Of a DNA stretch of 60,079 nucleotides, positions 58,117 to 60,079 are shown piece by piece. The DNA lies in assembly GCA_964402915.1 (NCBI GenBank), contig CAYODV010000001.1:1-60079 (forward strand), read 5' to 3'. Position numbers and translations under genes: made by a program. This stretch comes from an uncultured Candidatus Saccharibacteria bacterium (GTDB lineage Bacteria; Patescibacteriota; Saccharimonadia; Saccharimonadales; Saccharimonadaceae). Positions within the stretch are counted from its first letter, which is position 1; each line of letters opens with the position of its first letter. The notes under the pieces were generated by a model that was not told the DNA's origin, did not search any database, and was given only the letters and a program-made list of their open reading frames with translations.

Positions 58117-58875
58117 TTATTTATTCTTAATGGCTTCTGGAAGTTTTATTTCGCTAATCAATACTGGGGCGCTTTTTATCTCGAAAGTGTCAATGCTGCA
58201 ATTTTTGCTATAATTACTGAACTCATTTCCTATAATTTCTTGATAATACCAGTTTTTATAGCAATCTCTGAAGTAGACTTTAAATGAAACCTTTACGTTG
58301 TCGCTCTGCTGTTGTCTGTTTATTGACGATTCGATACGATTGCTGTAGTCATCGTTCTTATAGATAATCGGTGCAATTTTGCGATATTTTCCGCTTTCTT
58401 CCGAACCGCACTTTACGCCTCCGACCCAAACGTCGTACATCTCGCGTTGACCGACATTTTTGAAGGAGAGAGGGATTGATAAGACCGTCCGTCTTTTTTT
58501 GTCTGGCGATTCGATAGCTACGGACGTCTTTTCGTCTATGCCAATAGGGCTCATTTTGATCTTAATCAACGGCATGACGTTTTTGCGGCTGGTTTCTTTC
58601 CTGAATTCACTTTCCTTTTTTAGTGTTAAGTTGACGGCCATTATTGCGCCTATGAATCCGATAAAGGCCGAAGAAACCATACCGAAATAATTTACAGTAA
58701 ATTCAAGCCACTTTCTTGAGTTCTGTGCATTTACGAGCCCGAGAAGACTGGCAGTGTCAAGCTTATCGAACATATAGATGATTATGAATACGAGCACAGA
58801 TATACCGAATGTAGCGCACGCAAGCCTTACGTGCTCGTCGTAAAAATCTCTGGCTTTCTTTTGCTTTGATCTCAT
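58117..58875 (-). CDS. Hypothetical protein, two N-terminal TM helices plus soluble domain
   Basis: 252-aa ORF with AAGGAG RBS. Confidence 0.7.
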   Translation of the reverse strand: MRSKQKKARDFYDEHVRLACATFGISVLVFIIIYMFDKLDTASLLGLVNAQNSRKWLEFTVNYFGMVSSAFIGFIGAIMAVNLTLKKESEFRKETSRKNVMPLIKIKMSPIGIDEKTSVAIESPDKKRRTVLSIPLSFKNVGQREMYDVWVGGVKCGSEESGKYRKIAPIIYKNDDYSNRIESSINRQQQSDNVKVSFKVYFRDCYKNWYYQEIIGNEFSNYSKNCSIDTFEIKSAPVLISEIKLPEAIKNK

Positions 58876-58906
58876 TTTTCAACTCCTTTGATTAGACATA
58901 TGTTTG

Positions 58907-58934
58907 AGAAAGGCGGTCCTTGAACCGCCTTCCT
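58907..58934 (-). terminator. Stem-loop terminator
   Basis: AAGGCGGT-CCTTGA-ACCGCCTT. Confidence 0.6.
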
Positions 58935-58936
58935 GG

Positions 58937-59158
58937 TTAGCTGGTGTGGCAAGCGTTACAACAATAGTAGCACCCGTCAATCCACTCAGCTATATGGGGA
59001 TATCTCGCTCGGGCCGTTTTGATCGCATCGTGGCAATTTGAGAATTGCCCCAAATAAATCCTATCCTTTTCGAGCGGGAGATGATTGCAACTATTAAGCC
59101 TATGCACCTCGAAATCCCCGTTGGGTTGGGATTGGTTGTTTAGAATGAATTTTTCCAT
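58937..59158 (-). CDS. Small Cys/His-rich, probably metal-binding protein
   Basis: 73 aa; EVH...C..LP, YLG.F..C, DGCYYCC.ACH. Confidence 0.7.
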   Translation of the reverse strand: MEKFILNNQSQPNGDFEVHRLNSCNHLPLEKDRIYLGQFSNCHDAIKTARARYPHIAEWIDGCYYCCNACHTS

Positions 59159-59536
59159 TCTTAAAACCTGTCCTTCCTGCCGCCGCCCATTCGGCGGCTT
59201 AGTTTGTAATGTACAGTAAGCTGCACTTACCTAGGATGTGCTAATGGGACGCTTAATATACATAACACGGAGGCTTCGCTCAACGACGAGCCTTCGCTTT
59301 ACCTCCACGTTACTTTTCAATAATATCAAAAATGAAATTTTTGTCAAGTAAACTTTAAGCAATTTTCTTCTCTGTTGAAGCCGCTTGATCACGTTCTGCT
59401 TATCTTGGATTAAAATTTGACTAAAGCGCTTATGTTATTTTATGAATATTGCTTTAACTGTAGTTTATGAGGAAGCTCAAGTTCTTACTTTGCAAAAAAG
59501 CACAGCGCAACGATGGAATAGGTCTCCAAAAAAAGA

Positions 59537-59833
59537 TTATTTCTTAGCTAGTCCGGTGAGGGTGGTGATGGCGATTTCGGTGAGGAGGGGTTTGTTGTCA
59601 AGTTCTTCGACGAGGTACATTGGTTTGGCGCCGGGGTATGGGAGTTCTTCGGGCATTTGGTATTTGGTGGTTTCGGGAACGGTTTTGAGGAGTAGGCGGT
59701 CGTCGTAGATGCCACCAAATAAAATACCATCGGAGTAAAGCAAGAATTCGCCCATCATCGGCCGGCAAGTAATGTTCGGCGCTTCCGACAGTTGTTCTAA
59801 GATAAAATCGCGATATTCTTTGGTGCTTGCCAC
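59537..59833 (-). CDS. TfoX N-terminal domain protein
   Basis: MAST.EY..FILEQL, R.MMGE..LY, GGIYDDRLL.K, PYPGAK. Confidence 0.85.
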   Translation of the reverse strand: MASTKEYRDFILEQLSEAPNITCRPMMGEFLLYSDGILFGGIYDDRLLLKTVPETTKYQMPEELPYPGAKPMYLVEELDNKPLLTEIAITTLTGLAKK

Positions 59834-59834
59834 A

Positions 59835-60079
59835 TTACGCTTTCTTCCATCTCTTGAGTGTTGGAAATACTTTCGTGCAATATTCTTTCATTTGCTCGTT
59901 CGTCATACCGGCCTGTTCGCCAAACTTCGAGCACATTTCGATATATTCTTCCATGGAAACCTTATCTACGAATTCGCCATCTTTATAACACCACTTACAG
60001 TAGTCTTTATTGATACTGCTGTCCTTTTCAGTAGAATACATATCTTCTGAAGTTAGTGGCATTGCACAGCTTTGGCAAA
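59835..60079 (-). CDS. Zinc-ribbon domain protein (5' end beyond window)
   Basis: FCQSCAMPL...YCKWCYKDG...PTLKRW. Confidence 0.8.
   Translation of the reverse strand, partial: CQSCAMPLTSEDMYSTEKDSSINKDYCKWCYKDGEFVDKVSMEEYIEMCSKFGEQAGMTNEQMKEYCTKVFPTLKRWKKA

Larger units (their letters stand above)
48960..59160. mobile_element. Lower-GC defence island downstream of tRNA-Lys (right boundary uncertain)
   Basis: Visible shift to AT-richer sequence right after the tRNA CCA; RM/anticodon-nuclease cargo; no integrase seen. Confidence 0.6.

Noticed and set aside
48960-60079. Prophage or ICE at tRNA-Lys
   Set aside because: No integrase, phage or conjugation genes and no distal tRNA 3' repeat seen
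1-60079. CRISPR array or rRNA genes
   Set aside because: No regularly spaced repeats, cas genes or rRNA-like sequence found

Overview
Bacterial chromosome segment read with the standard genetic code. Gene content, the near-leaderless TATAAT-N6-9-ATG starts and the compact housekeeping genes point to a Saccharibacteria (TM7/CPR)-type organism; this is inference. It carries core genes (secG, uvrC, eno, ligA, htpX, lemA, hisS, der, ychF, folD, murB, queH), six tRNA genes, a membrane pyrophosphatase, a Gram-positive-type LCP/tyrosine kinase/CpsB block and three large surface or membrane proteins. A lower-GC defence island beside tRNA-Lys holds GIY-YIG-DUF4357, hsdR, a frameshifted PrrC anticodon nuclease, a stop-split hsdS, rhuM and hsdM. 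The best unexplained signals are: (1) a 127-bp structured repeat with compensatory stem changes, inserted in-frame in Der and across the end of the LCP gene, with a distant relative before tRNA-Lys; (2) a mini-NrdD (ATP-cone-like region plus glycyl-radical loop, no catalytic barrel) behind tandem NrdR-like boxes; (3) the 34457-35126 intergenic region, with a long folded leader RNA and a divergent 28-aa peptide overlapped by a candidate antisense RNA; (4) a tRNA-Gly with a compensated U19:A56 elbow pair; (5) an orphan ~165-nt sRNA. All protein calls are from motif recognition by eye; no database searches were run.
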